The notes under the pieces were generated by a model, which had not been told where the DNA came from, did no database searches, and worked only from the letters and a program-made list of their open reading frames with translations. Made by a program: the position numbers and the translations under genes. A stretch of DNA of 63,383 nucleotides, counting the filler, from Dimorphilus gyrociliatus (lineage: Eukaryota; Animalia; Annelida): NCBI GenBank assembly GCA_904063045.1. It is 7 parts of 7 records of this genome, joined end to end, with 100 filler letters (N's around TTAATTAATTAA, not from the genome) between each part and the next. Parts side by side here need not be neighbours in the genome. Positions count along the whole stretch, not along the records: positions 1 to 15,830 come from CAJFCJ010000270.1; positions 15,931 to 26,404 come from CAJFCJ010000273.1; 5 more parts are not named here. The stretch is one strand, 5' to 3'. This document shows, piece by piece, positions 13,620 through 26,504 of the stretch (position 1 is its first letter; each line of letters starts with the position of its first letter).

Positions 13620-14060
13620 GGGCAGATCATTGACTAAAATAGGAGGCGACGGAAAAGTACTAGAAATTGATGAAGATGTAGTCAATAAACGTATTTACAA
13701 CATAAAAAAGTGTAATGAACGAATTTGAGCAGTTGGTGGACTATGTAGATCGACAAAAGAGTGTTTTTTGAAGTTGTAATGAGGATAGATAAAAAACACA
13801 CCGAAAAATCATCAATAAAATTGTAAAAGACTATTATGTAATCATTACAGATGAATAGAAGGATATTGTGATGTTAATTTATATGGATATTTGACGATAA
13901 AAAATAAAAATACAGGTAAACATAAAATTATACAAGAAGATCATGCGCAAAATTCAGATAACTAATGGAAATGGTTGAAGCACTACTTGAAAACAATAGG
14001 AAATAATATAAAAAAGAATTGAGTGAACATGTAAAAGATTATCTATTTCTAAAAAAACAA
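13620..14060 (+). pseudogene. Degenerate Merlin-like transposase remnant
   Basis: KIGGDGKVLEIDED...(W)AVGGLCRSTKECF fragments with stops and frameshifts. Confidence 0.55.
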
Positions 14061-14129
14061 AATCCTTTTACGGAAGTTTTTGTGGAATAACAATTAATAA
14101 AACTTTATTTTAAACGGAACTGTTTATTT

Positions 14130-14518
14130 ATTTTTACCTAATATTTATTTTAAAGGGTCTGGAAGCAAATTTTATTAATAAATATAAAACCGTAAGAATA
14201 AAATAAAGAGTAATAAAAAAGTACAATAGACACTGATATCCGGCCCGAGCGGATAAAAAATATAAATTGTCTCTACTACCTAAACTTAATGGTGAATATA
14301 AACCAATAGCCATAGGAGAACCTCTCAAAATGATATAGATGACATGCTATAGAAAAAACTACAAGATCAAATCTCACTAAGCTAAAATCAGGTAGTATTG
14401 AAAATTATGCTTCAACCATACGCCATATCATAACAGTAGAAGATAAACTTCAGAGAGCCCTCCGAGGCAATATTAACGATTCTCGACATCATGAAAGCAT
14501 ATAAATTTAGTTCTAAGA
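14130..14518 (+). pseudogene. Degenerate LINE RT fragment related to 5787-6215
   Basis: LSLLPKLNGEYKPIAIGEPLKMI...ASTIRHIITVED...ILTILDIMKAY parallels the RT ORF at 5787-6215. Confidence 0.7.
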
Positions 14519-15830
14519 NNNNNNNNNNNNNNNNNNNNNNNNNNNNNNNNNNNNNNNNNNNNNNNNNNNNNNNNNNNNNNNNNNNNNNNNNNNNNNNNNN
14601 NNNNNNNNNNNNNNNNNNNNNNNNNNNNNNNNNNNNNNNNNNNNNNNNNNNNNNNNNNNNNNNNNNNNNNNNNNNNNNNNNNNNNNNNNNNNNNNNNNNN
14701 NNNNNNNNNNNNNNNNNNNNNNNNNNNNNNNNNNNNNNNNNNNNNNNNNNNNNNNNNNNNNNNNNNNNNNNNNNNNNNNNNNNNNNNNNNNNNNNNNNNN
14801 NNNNNNNNNNNNNNNNNNNNNNNNNNNNNNNNNNNNNNNNNNNNNNNNNNNNNNNNNNNNNNNNNNNNNNNNNNNNNNNNNNNNNNNNNNNNNNNNNNNN
14901 NNNNNNNNNNNNNNNNNNNNNNNNNNNNNNNNNNNNNNNNNNNNNNNNNNNNNNNNNNNNNNNNNNNNNNNNNNNNNNNNNNNNNNNNNNNNNNNNNNNN
15001 NNNNNNNNNNNNNNNNNNNNNNNNNNNNNNNNNNNNNNNNNNNNNNNNNNNNNNNNNNNNNNNNNNNNNNNNNNNNNNNNNNNNNNNNNNNNNNNNNNNN
15101 NNNNNNNNNNNNNNNNNNNNNNNNNNNNNNNNNNNNNNNNNNNNNNNNNNNNTGTATAGCATATATTAATGAAAAATAAAAACTCCTATATGATATTTTT
15201 ATATATAATTCTAAGATCAATCAAAAAAATACAATTATAGAATATAAAACATAAAAATACGTATTAAGTATATTAAATACCTAATTTAATCATTTAAATG
15301 AAAATTAACCCCCCTTAAAATGACTTTCCAAAAAGAAAGTTAAATCGTTTTATGATAAACTTTATTATTATTATGGTTGGGTTCTTTATATAATTTCTAT
15401 AGGCTTTGGTGCTTTTTTCCAAATCAATTTTATCAGAAATCACAGAGACGATGAAATTTCAAAGAGTAGAAAGTGTGTAACAGATCCTGCCAGGAATTTA
15501 GTTGATAATTAATTAAAGATTTATTTATTCTATACTAATCTATATAAATATGTGATTTTATCTAATTTTGTATATAAATATATTTTTCACTTTTATCTCT
15601 TCTTATTTGCTCAATAATAATGATAATAATCTCTAAGGTTCTTTTAATAGTAACATATTTGGTATAAATTGATTTTTTTAGAATTTTTAGTTTCTTGATA
15701 GTCGACTCATTAATTCTATGAAATCATTGTTATATCTATAGAATATATAATAAAATCAATAAATACTTTATTTATGGAAAATTTGATCACTTAAATAAAA
15801 AAATATATATGTTCCCTTAAATGGCTAATC

Positions 15831-15930
15831 NNNNNNNNNNNNNNNNNNNNNNNNNNNNNNNNNNNNNNNNNNNNTTAATTAATTAANNNNNNNNNNNNNN
15901 NNNNNNNNNNNNNNNNNNNNNNNNNNNNNN
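15831..15930. other. Artificial contig linker
   Basis: 44 N + TTAATTAATTAA (stops in all six frames) + 44 N. Confidence 0.98.
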
Positions 15931-16378
15931 AAAACTTTATAGGTATGCTTATTTTAAATAGTATTGTGTTTTTTACAATACTACTCAATACTCACAACAA
16001 TTTAGCAACTTGATCCGATTTGGTATTTGCCAATTAAATGACAATTTCAATTCAAATGATTAATTCTATTGCAAGTTGTTTAATGATTTGTTAGGGTTAG
16101 GATTGGTCTTCAATTTCAAGACAAGTACTCAGTAATTTGAAAATGTTCTAGCAAGTTATAATTGAATATTAAAGTTCTGCCTGAAAATCTACTTAAAGTT
16201 TTTTTTCTATATTCTATGTTAGCAGCCATTTTAGACTACTTCACTAAAATCGATCCCTGTATTATACTATATAGAGAAGACATCTGACCGATACTAACCA
16301 CAATAAAAGAAAATCAAAGTCATTGTTTGTTTGTTTAATTATTGTATTCAATTTGTATGCCTTCAGCAGAGCTTTTAT

Positions 16379-18640
16379 TCAAGGTATAAATATGATTGTT
16401 AATGCTCCTCCATTTCTATGAGCAGCTATACATCCCAAGAATTTCAACTGTAGATTATCATTTGCCAACAATTTCAATAAAACTCCACCAGATGCGTAAC
16501 CAGCATATATATTTTGATCTAAATTATTAGATTTAAAGACTCTTGATTTTTTGTATCCATTAACATCAACGTAAATCTCAATTTTATTCCACATATCTTC
16601 ACTTGGTATATTGAATGCAATGTAATATGTTCCAGTAACAGGTGCCCTAAATGTACTATCATTTGCCAACTGTTCTCTTTGTCAACAATAGGGGAATGGG
16701 AAAACTCGTCCTTATTTTGGGAAAACTTGTCCCCTTTTTTGTTCAAGTTAAATCAAAGTTTGCCAACTGTTCTCTGTGTCAACAATAGGACTTGATTGAA
16801 AAGTTACTGTCGAATGACTGTTAGAACAATTTCTATTGCTTGAAGCAATTGAAAATATTGGCAAACTTTGATTTAACTTGAACAAACATAAATATGTCAG
16901 ATAGTCAGAATTTGAATATTGAGTACCTCCATTTGGTTTTAGATAAATATCCTCATTAGTATATAACTGTCGAATAAAACTTAGGGATTGCATAATAGGT
17001 GTTTTACCATTGTTAGAAATCACAATAGTGCTATGATCTCTCGAACCACTGTAAGAAGTGTCAAATCTGATTTCAGTGTGTCTAGAGCTTTCAGCTGCTG
17101 ATCCAAAGTTTATAAAATAATATCCCTGTTCATATACTCTAAATCTATTACTCCTGGTTGAAAAACCTCTCATTGAAATAACACTTGGTAAATATACCTC
17201 ACAAAAACTAGAAATTACTGGGGTCGACAGAAAGCGTCCATGAAAGAAAACGTCCATAACTCCAGAAAGAAAACGTCCATGAAAGAAAATGTCCATAAAC
17301 CGAAAGAAAACATCCATGAACTGAAAGAAAACGTCCATAAAGTGAAAGAAAACGTCCATGAACTGAAAGAAAACATCCATGAATCAAAAGAACACATAAA
17401 ATAAAGAAATTTTCATTTAAATATAAATATATGTTGAAAAACAAATTAACACAAAACTTTAAAAAAACTGGTAGAGATGAAGAAATCTTCAGGAAAAGAG
17501 ATACAAAATATCAACTTCCTCTTCTATTTTCACTCTCTTGAGGTAATATGAAATTTTTAATTTTTAGAGGTTTTTTTTGTTCTTATTAATCTCTGTGATT
17601 AAAAACTTATTGATTATTTTATTAATAATCAATCTAACATAAATTTAGCAATTTTATTTGTTAATGAAGTTTGTTTTCAATGTTATTGTCAAAATACTAA
17701 TTGTTACATAAATAATCATAATAATGATATGACAAATTTATTAATTTTAGTTTAGCTTTTCTTAATCTGAAATTACTGGAGAGTCATGTGCAGCGAATAG
17801 GTAGTTATTACATTCATAGTAAAAACCTAGCCATGATGTTTCTTTTCCACTCTCACTTCCAATCAGGTTTGAGTAAGAATAACAATTCAAGATATATGGC
17901 CTATTGAATCTACTCAATACGAATAATCCAGCTCTAGTTGTAGTATCAGTTGTAACAGTTGAATCATTGCCTTTAAACAAACCAATAGTCCTTCCTACAT
18001 TGTCAAGCTTTAGGGAAGTAATGTTGGTGCTTTCAATTGTTGCAGTCATTGAAAAATAATACATTCCAGATTGGTTAATTCTGAAACTATTATCTGATTT
18101 ATCAAATAAATTTCGTTTGTTGATATCAACAGATGTCCAATTTATTCTTCTGTAGCCAAAAGTTTGAGATCTTGATAAAGATACCATGAATGCTGGACTT
18201 TTTCCACAATCCACTATCTCACATTGCTCTATCTCTATTTAGGTACCTGGACATTCTAATCCATCATTTAATGGAGGAGGATTGTTGCAATCTCTTGTTC
18301 TAGTTCGAATTCTTTCTCCTCCACAGGAATCATTACAACTACTCCAAGCCAACCATTCTGACCATCCTCCAGGAATTGAGCAATTGGCTTTGTTCAAAGG
18401 TACACACATTTTCACATTGCACTCTTTGACATTGATTGTTGGTGTGAAAAAATATCCAGTAGGCAACACCATTGACGCAATGGTAATAAATTCTACAATC
18501 AATTTCATTGGCAACAGCTTCATTTTTATTTGGTGAACATTCATCAATGTCATCGCTATTTAAATAGCACTGAGTAGAAAAATTCTCATTACACTCTTTG
18601 TACATTTTATCTTCACCCGTATCTTTGATAGTTGACTTTT
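16379..18640 (-). pseudogene. Interrupted gene: chitin-binding(CBM14)-like domain + TSP1 + tandem C1q-like domains
   Basis: DCRIYYHCVNG..PTGYFF..C..C; WSEWLAWSSCNDSCGG.R.RTRDCNNPPP (TSP1); three C1q-like blocks (FRINQSGMYYFS, FRVYEQGYYFINF, FRAPVTGTYYIAF...LKLLANDNLQL); broken by insertions and frameshifts. Confidence 0.7.
17220..17768. mobile_element. Non-autonomous MULE-like insertion inside a C1q exon
   Basis: Left end GGGGTCGACAG followed by tandem GAAAGAAAACGTCCAT motifs; flanked by direct repeat GAAATTACT(GG) at 17211 and 17769; removal restores the frame. Confidence 0.7.
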
Positions 18641-20104
18641 GGGTGCAGGAGAAAAAGTCCACAACTGAGGAGAAAACGTTCACAAGAGAAAACATCCACA
18701 GGAGAAAACGTCCACAAGAAAAAAATGTCCACAGGAGAAAACATCCACAACTGAGGAGAAAATGTCCATAGTGAAAGAGAATTTTTCTTTTTAAAACCTT
18801 TGGAGATTAAGATGAAAAGAAAAATTGAGAGAATAAATATGTAATTTGTATTTATGATATTATGATATGTTGAAAACAAAAACTAAAAACTACAAAAATT
18901 ATAAAAGACTAAGTTTATAACATGGTAACAAGCTAAATGAATGAGTTATGATGCAATATAAATGCTGGCTGCCTTTTCCAATAAATCTGATGCAGATATT
19001 AATCTGACCTCAAATTGCTCCCATAAGCCAAAGATCTGACTTTGAATTTTCTGATAAGGCTTTCTCTGTTGTCTACATATCTTCTTCTCACTTAATAATT
19101 TCTTGTACAATGTAATCAACTCTGCTTCTCTCTTTAATTCATCAATGATAACATACAATGGAGAATTGGCATGGATATTCCTGTTTAATCTATTGTGCCA
19201 TCCTTCCAGGTCATTGTTGGTTCTGATTGCTTCACCATAAATTGACCAGGTATGTGGTGGGTAATATCCATATAGCCACTGGTTCTTGATGTAATCAATG
19301 AATGGTCCTAAATGAGTTGAGGTTGTCTGTTCAATGTTTTTGAATGCATTTTCAATGATGTTTGATGGCAAAAATGGTAATGCCATTATTTTTTTCATTG
19401 TGTGGTAACACTCTCCTTTTGCCTTATATTCACAAGAGTAGCCCAATTCCTAAAATTATTACATTTCTTAATTTTTTTGCAACAGATGATGATAAAAGTT
19501 ACCTGAATTTTCCTATATACAGATTGGGTCCAGTGAAAGACACATCCTTTAATTATAACCTCAGGATAAACAGATGACAATGCTCTCCAGGTACCTTTTT
19601 CAAAATCCACCACAAATTTCATTGTGAAATGTTGATTGGTCAGCTCCTTTATGGACTTTTTTTAAGAATTTTAATACTTAAAAAAATTGAAATTAAAAGT
19701 ATGTATACCTGAAATAATTTCTTATAAGCTGTCTTTTTCTTTGATCCCATAAATGCAAACAGTAATGGAACTTGTTTCATTTCTCCATGTTTTTTGATGA
19801 ACCCATGAACTGTGAACAATTGGTAAAATGGGTCTCTGACACATTTAAATGTTCCATCCAAAAACCATATCTTTCCTTTAGACAGTAGTTCAATTTGTTT
19901 TGGAGTTGAAAAAATTATTATTCTGTCATCTTTCATTTTAATATCTTTTACCAGAAACTCATCTGGTATAAATGATATTTCAAAATTTGAGTTAATATCT
20001 GTCAGCTCTTCTGGCTGAAATCTTCTTTTTGTCCAATTTGCCAACCTGTGTGGACGTTTTCTCCTGTGGACGTTTTCTCTTGTGGACGTTTTCTCCATAA
20101 ACCC
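18641..20104 (-). mobile_element. MULE element 1, 5'-deleted; spliced transposase 18946-20045
   Basis: Inverted arrays of GAAAACGTCCAC at both ends; WFLDGTF, VDFE, GCVFHWTQ, IRTNNDLEGWH; no TSD. Confidence 0.8.
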
Positions 20105-21146
20105 TATTATCAGATTGTACAGCAATAGGAAGTTTTGCATCTATCATAGTTGGCAAACATCTTCTTTCTGACAAGAAATTGAGAAGAATATTCAAGTGAG
20201 TTTGTATCTTTCAATCTAATGCTAGTCAAACAACATAAATTAGTGGCAAAGTTGAATGACAAAGTTGAACATTTCATTTTGTTGCAGAGAAAGAAAATGT
20301 TAAATTTTCAGTTGTCCTATTCATTGAACAATAGTTGTTTTTTGCATTGAACTTCATATTTTTTAATATTTTCATCTTATTAATGCAGGCCTTGTTTTGA
20401 TCTGAAGAGAAAAAAATAAATTGAGAATAAGATAAATATTATTCATTCATATAATTTTTATAATCTACAATATTGTCCAAAGATTCATTGGAATTTGAAT
20501 AAGCACCAATCAGAGGTAGCTCAAAAGTCAATTCTTGATGACTTTTGTTCATTTGACGTAGGCAAGCAGCTCATTAATTTGAAGTGTGGCGCCTTCAACA
20601 TTCTGTACAAATATATATCTGCCACTTTTAAAAGGTTTGCTACAAAACCAATTTAATATTTCTCCATCCTGTTCTGGTGGATTGTTTATACTTTTATAAC
20701 AGTTTGATAAAGTATGTTTCCTATTCGTATCAATCATTATCTTCTTATCAACAATTTTAAAAATAATATTATATATCTTCTTTGTAATAGAAGTGATTGA
20801 AATTATTCATTCATTTGCTACATTACCGATCTTATAAACTCTTGATGGAATTAATAAAGAATAAATGTTATAAACATTGAACATGTCAATAAACATTTAC
20901 ATTTTTGAAAACTCAACTTTATTGTGGATTTTAAAGTTATGTATTCGCCAACCAAATGATTTTCACATTGAATAAACAAATAAAGACTATCAACCAAATG
21001 ATTTTGGTAATTTTTGCACAATTCTTTTGATGTAGTTGATTGGTTGATAGCTATATTTGTATTTTGTATGTAAACTTGTAGGTGGCTGGAGAATTGAACA
21101 TTAAACAGGTCAACACAGATATTTGCAGCCAAGATAAACTGTAAAC

Positions 21147-23635
21147 GGGATCAACAGAAAACGGACCCAACAGAAAACGGCCCCAACCGGAACAGAAAAC
21201 GGCCCCAATCAGAACAGAAAACAACCCCAACTGAGACACAAAATGGCCACAAAATTTCGAAATATGCAATACTCATAAATTGAATAGAATAAGTTAATTT
21301 AAAATTTTTTTCTATTAGTTAGTAAATATTGGATGAAAAAATATTAAATTCTCCACCAGTTTTTCCTAAGAGGTTGAATATTTTGCACTATTTTTAAATT
21401 CCTGCCAATAGGTTAAAGCAGCTCAAAGGAGATTTTTGCCACAATGCTACCATATTGTTTTGGATGTAAGAAAAAGATTAATAAGCTGAAGCAAGGTGTT
21501 TGTTCACTTTGTCATCATAAAGTCCATTGGGCTTGTTTATCAGGTAAGATCCAAATTGATTTTAATGTAAACTAAGCTCTTTCTTTTGTAGATGGATTAT
21601 GTTCTATATGTTCAAATGTTGATAAAAAAAGAATCAGAATTATTCTGAGCAAATGTGATGAAATTTTACAAGATAAATCTACCAATAAAGTCTCAAATGC
21701 TGAAAATATAGATCTAAATCATACAAGAGAAGAGATAGATGTGCAAAATATAATAATGGATGTTGATCATGAAGAAGTGGTTACCCTTATTGAAACACTG
21801 AATTGTGATGCAGAGTACAGGCTTGTTGATAATCTTAGTGAAAGCAGCCCTCTGCATGGAAATACATTACATTTGAATGAGAATGATATCAATATGGAGG
21901 AGTCCTTTGAAAGTATACCAGAGGTGAACTATGACAGCAATGGTAAATTCAGAATATTCCCTACAGGAAGTCAAAAAGGCAAAGAATTACTTGTATCTAA
22001 TGGTCACTCATTTGTTGTCAAAAGAAAAGACAAGACTTCCATAATTTGGAGATGTGGAGTTAGAAGCAAGAAAATGAAATGTCCTGCCAGTGTCATTCAA
22101 AGAAATAATAACTTCTCTTTGGGGTCTAAATATCATATTCACCCCCCAAAAAAAATTTAGAACAAATTATTGAAATGAAAGTGACAGCAAAACAAAAAGG
22201 AAAGACTGACACCAATGTTAGTGGAAAACAAATAGCTGAAAATGTTCTGCTTCCTTTTGCAAATATGGGAAATATTGTAAAAGTTGAAAATTGCAAAGAA
22301 ATGATAAATTACCATAGAAGAAAAAATCATCCCAATGAACCTATTGGAAGAAACTTTCTTATTAATAATTGCTTCATTCCTGATGATTTCTTAAAGAAAG
22401 ATGTCCTTGAAAATAATGAAAGAGTGATTATTTTTTCCACTTCAAAACAACTTAGCTTACTTGCAGTGTCAAAAGTCTGGTACTTAGATGGAACTTTCAA
22501 GATTGTTAAGGACCCATTTACACAGTTATTTTCATTTCACTCATTCCTCAAAAAGGAAGGTGAATTAAAACAGGTTCCTCTTCTATATGCATTCATGTCA
22601 TCAAAAAAGAAAAAAGCATATAATCTGTTATTCAAGGTAGTTCAACTTGAAATTTTCTCTGAAATGCATTTAATATTTATTTCACTGTTTTTCAGTGCAT
22701 TAATCAACTGCTACAATATAAGGAACCAAAAAAGATAGTTATGGATTTTGAAAAAGCTGTTTGGAAAGCTGTATTAAATAATTGGGAAAATGTAAATCTG
22801 TCAGGATGCTTATTCCATTGGAATCAAGGAGTTTATAGAAAAATTCAGGTAGTATTCAACCTAAAACTCAAACTGGAGTCATTTTTAATTTTGTTTTTTT
22901 AGGAGCTTGGTTATTCATCAGACTTCAACAAAAAAAATGGACAATGGTTTGAAATGAGACAGCTAATGGCTTTGCCATTCCTTCCATCTCACATTATTCC
23001 AATAGAGTTTATTAAAATTAAGGATTACCTAAAATCAATTGATAAACTTGCTGATTTTATTGATTATTTTGAAAGAATTTGGATTTTGAATGATGTTTGG
23101 TCACCAAAATGTTGGTCTATCTATCAATGTGCAATCAGAACAAATAATGATATTGAGGGATTTCACAATAGGTTGAATGGAAATGTTGGAGTGAATGTTT
23201 CATTTTATTCTGTGATAGATGAATTGAAAAGGGAAGCAGACCTTATAGCAGCATATCAAAGAATGTTATCAGAAAAGAAGATATTAAGATACCAAAGAAA
23301 GCTTTATAAGAACCTGCAAAATAAAATATTTTCAATTTGGGAAAGATTTGAAAAGCATGAGATTACTTCATCAGAAGTTCTAGTAAAGTGTTCTGAACTT
23401 TATTTAGTAGCTCAATAAATAAATCAATTGTTGTTAAATTGCATGATCTTTTAAGTTGTAGTCTCATGATGTATTCAACTGTTCAAATAAACACACTTTC
23501 AAAATTTAATTCATTTCTTGTTTTATAGATTTTAGGTTGAAGAATCCTGTGCCTGTGGCCGTTTTCTGTTCAAGTTGAGGCCGTTTTCTGCTGATTTGTG
23601 GCTGTTTTCTGTTGGGTCCGTTTTCTGTCATATTC
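21147..23635 (+). mobile_element. MULE element 2, complete, with 9-bp TSD
   Basis: ACTGTAAAC at 21138-21146 and 23636-23644; TIRs made of CAGAAAACGGCC repeats. Confidence 0.93.
21430..23418 (+). CDS. PHD-like + FLYWCH-like + MULE DDE transposase (spliced; frameshift near 22150; start approximate)
   Basis: CSLCHHKVHWAC|..CSIC; SQKGKELL..NG.SF...WRC...CPA; WYLDGTF; introns 22637-22695 and 22849-22902 join in frame to DFEK, GCLFHWNQ, RTNNDIEGFH. Confidence 0.85.
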
Positions 23636-23833
23636 ACTGTAAACCATACAAGAGGTTCATCTTTTGAGGTGAAATGTGTTGGAGGTTTATTCTCATCCAA
23701 ACTGTATCCTGGGTAAGACCTCAAGTCTCTAAGGCTCGAACTGAAACCATCCCTGCCCAGTGCCAAGCAATCTAAAATTATTAGTATGAAAGGTATAATT
23801 TGTATTATTGATAATATAGTACCTGTATATATC

Positions 23834-26404
23834 GGTTCAGGGACAGTTCGCCCCTGGACAGTTCGCCCCAGGACAGTTCGCCCTATTTTAGGAGACAGTT
23901 CGCCCCATATGTTAAAGGATAGCTGACATACTTTTTTGCTCTTCTTTATAACTTTTGAAGATAAGATATGAGATATAAATGATAAATGAATGATATTTAG
24001 CAATTCTATTTGTATTATCAAGATGGAAATAACTAAGAAAACAAGTACATGATGTAAAATGTAAAATGAAATGTTATGCAATATTCAACTGAACTAAATG
24101 ATTCAAAAGATCATCTAGACTAATTTCCCTCTTTTCAAACTTATCCCAGTAGCTGAAAATATCAAACTGTAGATATTCATATTTTTTCTCTGCATTTTCT
24201 TCAACTTTTTCTCAGATAGCAGTATCTTATAAACTTGTACCAACTCTGCTTCCCTTGCCAGCTCTTGTACCAAATTATACAAATTTCCATTTGCTTGTAA
24301 AGATTTATTCAATCTTGAGTGCCATCCCTCAACATTGTTGTTTGTCCTCACTGCCAATTGATAGATAGACCAATACTTTTGCTTCCATATTTTGCTATTG
24401 ATATATGTTTTTTCAATATAATCCAAAAGATCACTGTACACATTTTCTTCCAACAGCTTCATCTTTATTTCATAAAACTTTGAAGTGATGAATTCTTGGG
24501 GCAGATAAGGTAGACACATCAACTTTCTTAGCATTTTTCCATAATGACTCTTCTCATTATAATCATTTATATAGCCAAGTTTCTAGTGTTATACAAAGTA
24601 TGAGAGGTATATTAAAAAGAGTTAAACATCGAACTATACCTGTATATTTCAAAGGATTGATTGCTTGAAATGAAAACAACATCCTTGTAAGTCAACTCCT
24701 GGAAAAACTTGTGTTACTGCAGTCCAAAGACCTTTCTCAAAATCTAAAACAACTTTTTGTAGTTTTCTGTCACTTATTAAACAATCTACCACCTATGAAT
24801 GAAAAAACAAACATTCATTTCTTTTAAGATATATATAATAATTTTACCTTGAAAACTTCAATGTAATGCTTCCTCTTCTTTCCACTCATTAAAATAAATA
24901 AAAGTGGAACTTGAAGATATTCACCATTGTTTTTAATGAAGCCATGAATAGAGAATAGTTGATAGAATGGCTCTTTAACCACTTTAAAAGTCCCATCAAT
25001 AAACCATATTTTACACTTAGCCAACAATTCCAATTGATATTTAGTTCCAAATATGATGCTTCTATGTTTTTGCCTTGTATGTCTTTTAAAAAGAAATTAT
25101 TTGGGATCTGATCCATTTCTAGTTCAAAAAATAAGTTATCTGGGTGTTTTGGCTTTTGATTTTCTTTACATCTGTTTGCTGATCTTTTAATTGATTCAAT
25201 TTGAGGTAAAGAATTAGCATTGTCTCTAAAGTCCATTGCAACATCTTCAGCCAATCTTTTTCCAGACCTTTCACTTCTTTCCAAAATGAGTTTCTTTAAA
25301 TGTACTCTTGCTTTGATTCTTTGTTCCAGACTCTTTTCATTATTAAAATGAGTATGATCTTTTTTCACAATGAATCTTGAACCTTTTTGGATAATGTATG
25401 CTGTACAGCTTTGTGTTTTTGATCTCTGAGTACATTTCCAAGTTTTAGATGTTTTTGTAGTATTCTTAATTGTGTATGAGAAGTTCTTATGTAATTAAAT
25501 ATCTTTTCCTTTCCTACTTCCTCCTTCTATTATTTGAAAACTATCAACATTTTCAGCATCAGAACTGACTTCCTGACTTTTATTGAATGAAATTTCATCA
25601 TGTACATCAATTCTTCTTTCTTGATCATTATCTGATGAATGACTTCTTCCTTCCTCATTTTCCACAAAGTTATTTTCAAAATCAAATGATAATGTTAACT
25701 GTAAGCAGAATTTCATGTTAATAATTGAAGAAAGATTAAGTTTAATACATCACCTGATTTTCTTCCTGAAAGGTTTTATTAACAGTAGACATATGTTTAG
25801 GACTACTTTTATCAAATCCATTTTCTTCCATCATTTGATCTACTCTTCTTATTCTGATAACAACTTGTTGTTTTGTAATATTGAAACAATCAACACAATA
25901 ATCAGCATCTGCTTTATAAAAAAATTCATTGAAATAAATGAAAAAAAATAAATTTGATTACCTTTTGAGCACTTTTGGTGATAAAAGTGTTTACATAATT
26001 TGCATCTTATTTTTTGCTGATTCCAATAAAATTTCCTCATACAACACCAACAGGTTTTTAAATTCATTTTTACACCAATCAATTCAATAGTTAAACCAAT
26101 CTCTGTAAAGTATCATTCAAAATAATAAAAATTCATTTAATTCAAAAGACTTTTCCTTCAGAGGAACAGGAAATAGATTTGTAAAAAAAACTGGTAACAG
26201 TAACATTAATGAGGTATGTTTTGCTGAGAATATCAAAGATATAAAAATAACAGTAAAATAACAAATAACAAAATGTAATAAGTAGAACATCACTCTTTCC
26301 CTACTGAAGGGTCAATCAATCTTGAAAGGGATAAAGTATCCCTGAAATGGGGCGAACTGTCTCTAAAATGGGGCGAACTGTCCTGGGGCGAACTGTCCAG
26401 GGGC
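23834..26404 (-). mobile_element. MULE element 3; transposase exons ~24115-26082; right end runs into the contig edge
   Basis: GGACAGTTCGCCCC arrays at 23834-23910 are inverted to GGGGCGAACTGTCC arrays at 26345-26404; WFIDGTF, DFEK, GCCFH, RTNNNVEGWH. Confidence 0.87.
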
Positions 26405-26504
26405 NNNNNNNNNNNNNNNNNNNNNNNNNNNNNNNNNNNNNNNNNNNNTTAATTAATTAANNNNNNNNNNNNNNNNNNNNNNNNNNNNNNNNNNNNNNNN
26501 NNNN
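26405..26504. other. Artificial contig linker
   Basis: N44-TTAATTAATTAA-N44. Confidence 0.98.

Larger units (their letters stand above)
20549..23771 (-). pseudogene. Tandem F-type-lectin (FTP)-like domain gene interrupted by MULE element 2
   Basis: LALGRDGFSSS...SLDEN...THFTS..EPLVWFTVYLG (joined across the TSD), C...GEYITLK, and a second domain ending GRYIFVQ...LQINELLAY. Confidence 0.55.

Noticed and set aside
11600-13630. Short AT-rich ORFs as host genes
   Set aside because: No recognisable motifs; fragmented frames.
14473-15220. Long ORFs made mostly of X, and ORFs ending in 'LIN'
   Set aside because: Products of N gaps and of the TTAATTAATTAA linker.
17208-17444. Repetitive peptides such as MDVFFQF and WTFSF; CRISPR-like look of the short repeat arrays
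   Set aside because: These are translations of tandem MULE TIR units. There are no unique spacers of constant length and no cas genes.
18641-20104. MULE 1 as a clean single insertion
   Set aside because: The flanks (TTGACTTTT vs TATTATCAG) give no TSD and the transposase 5' part is missing; it is probably a recombined or deleted structure.
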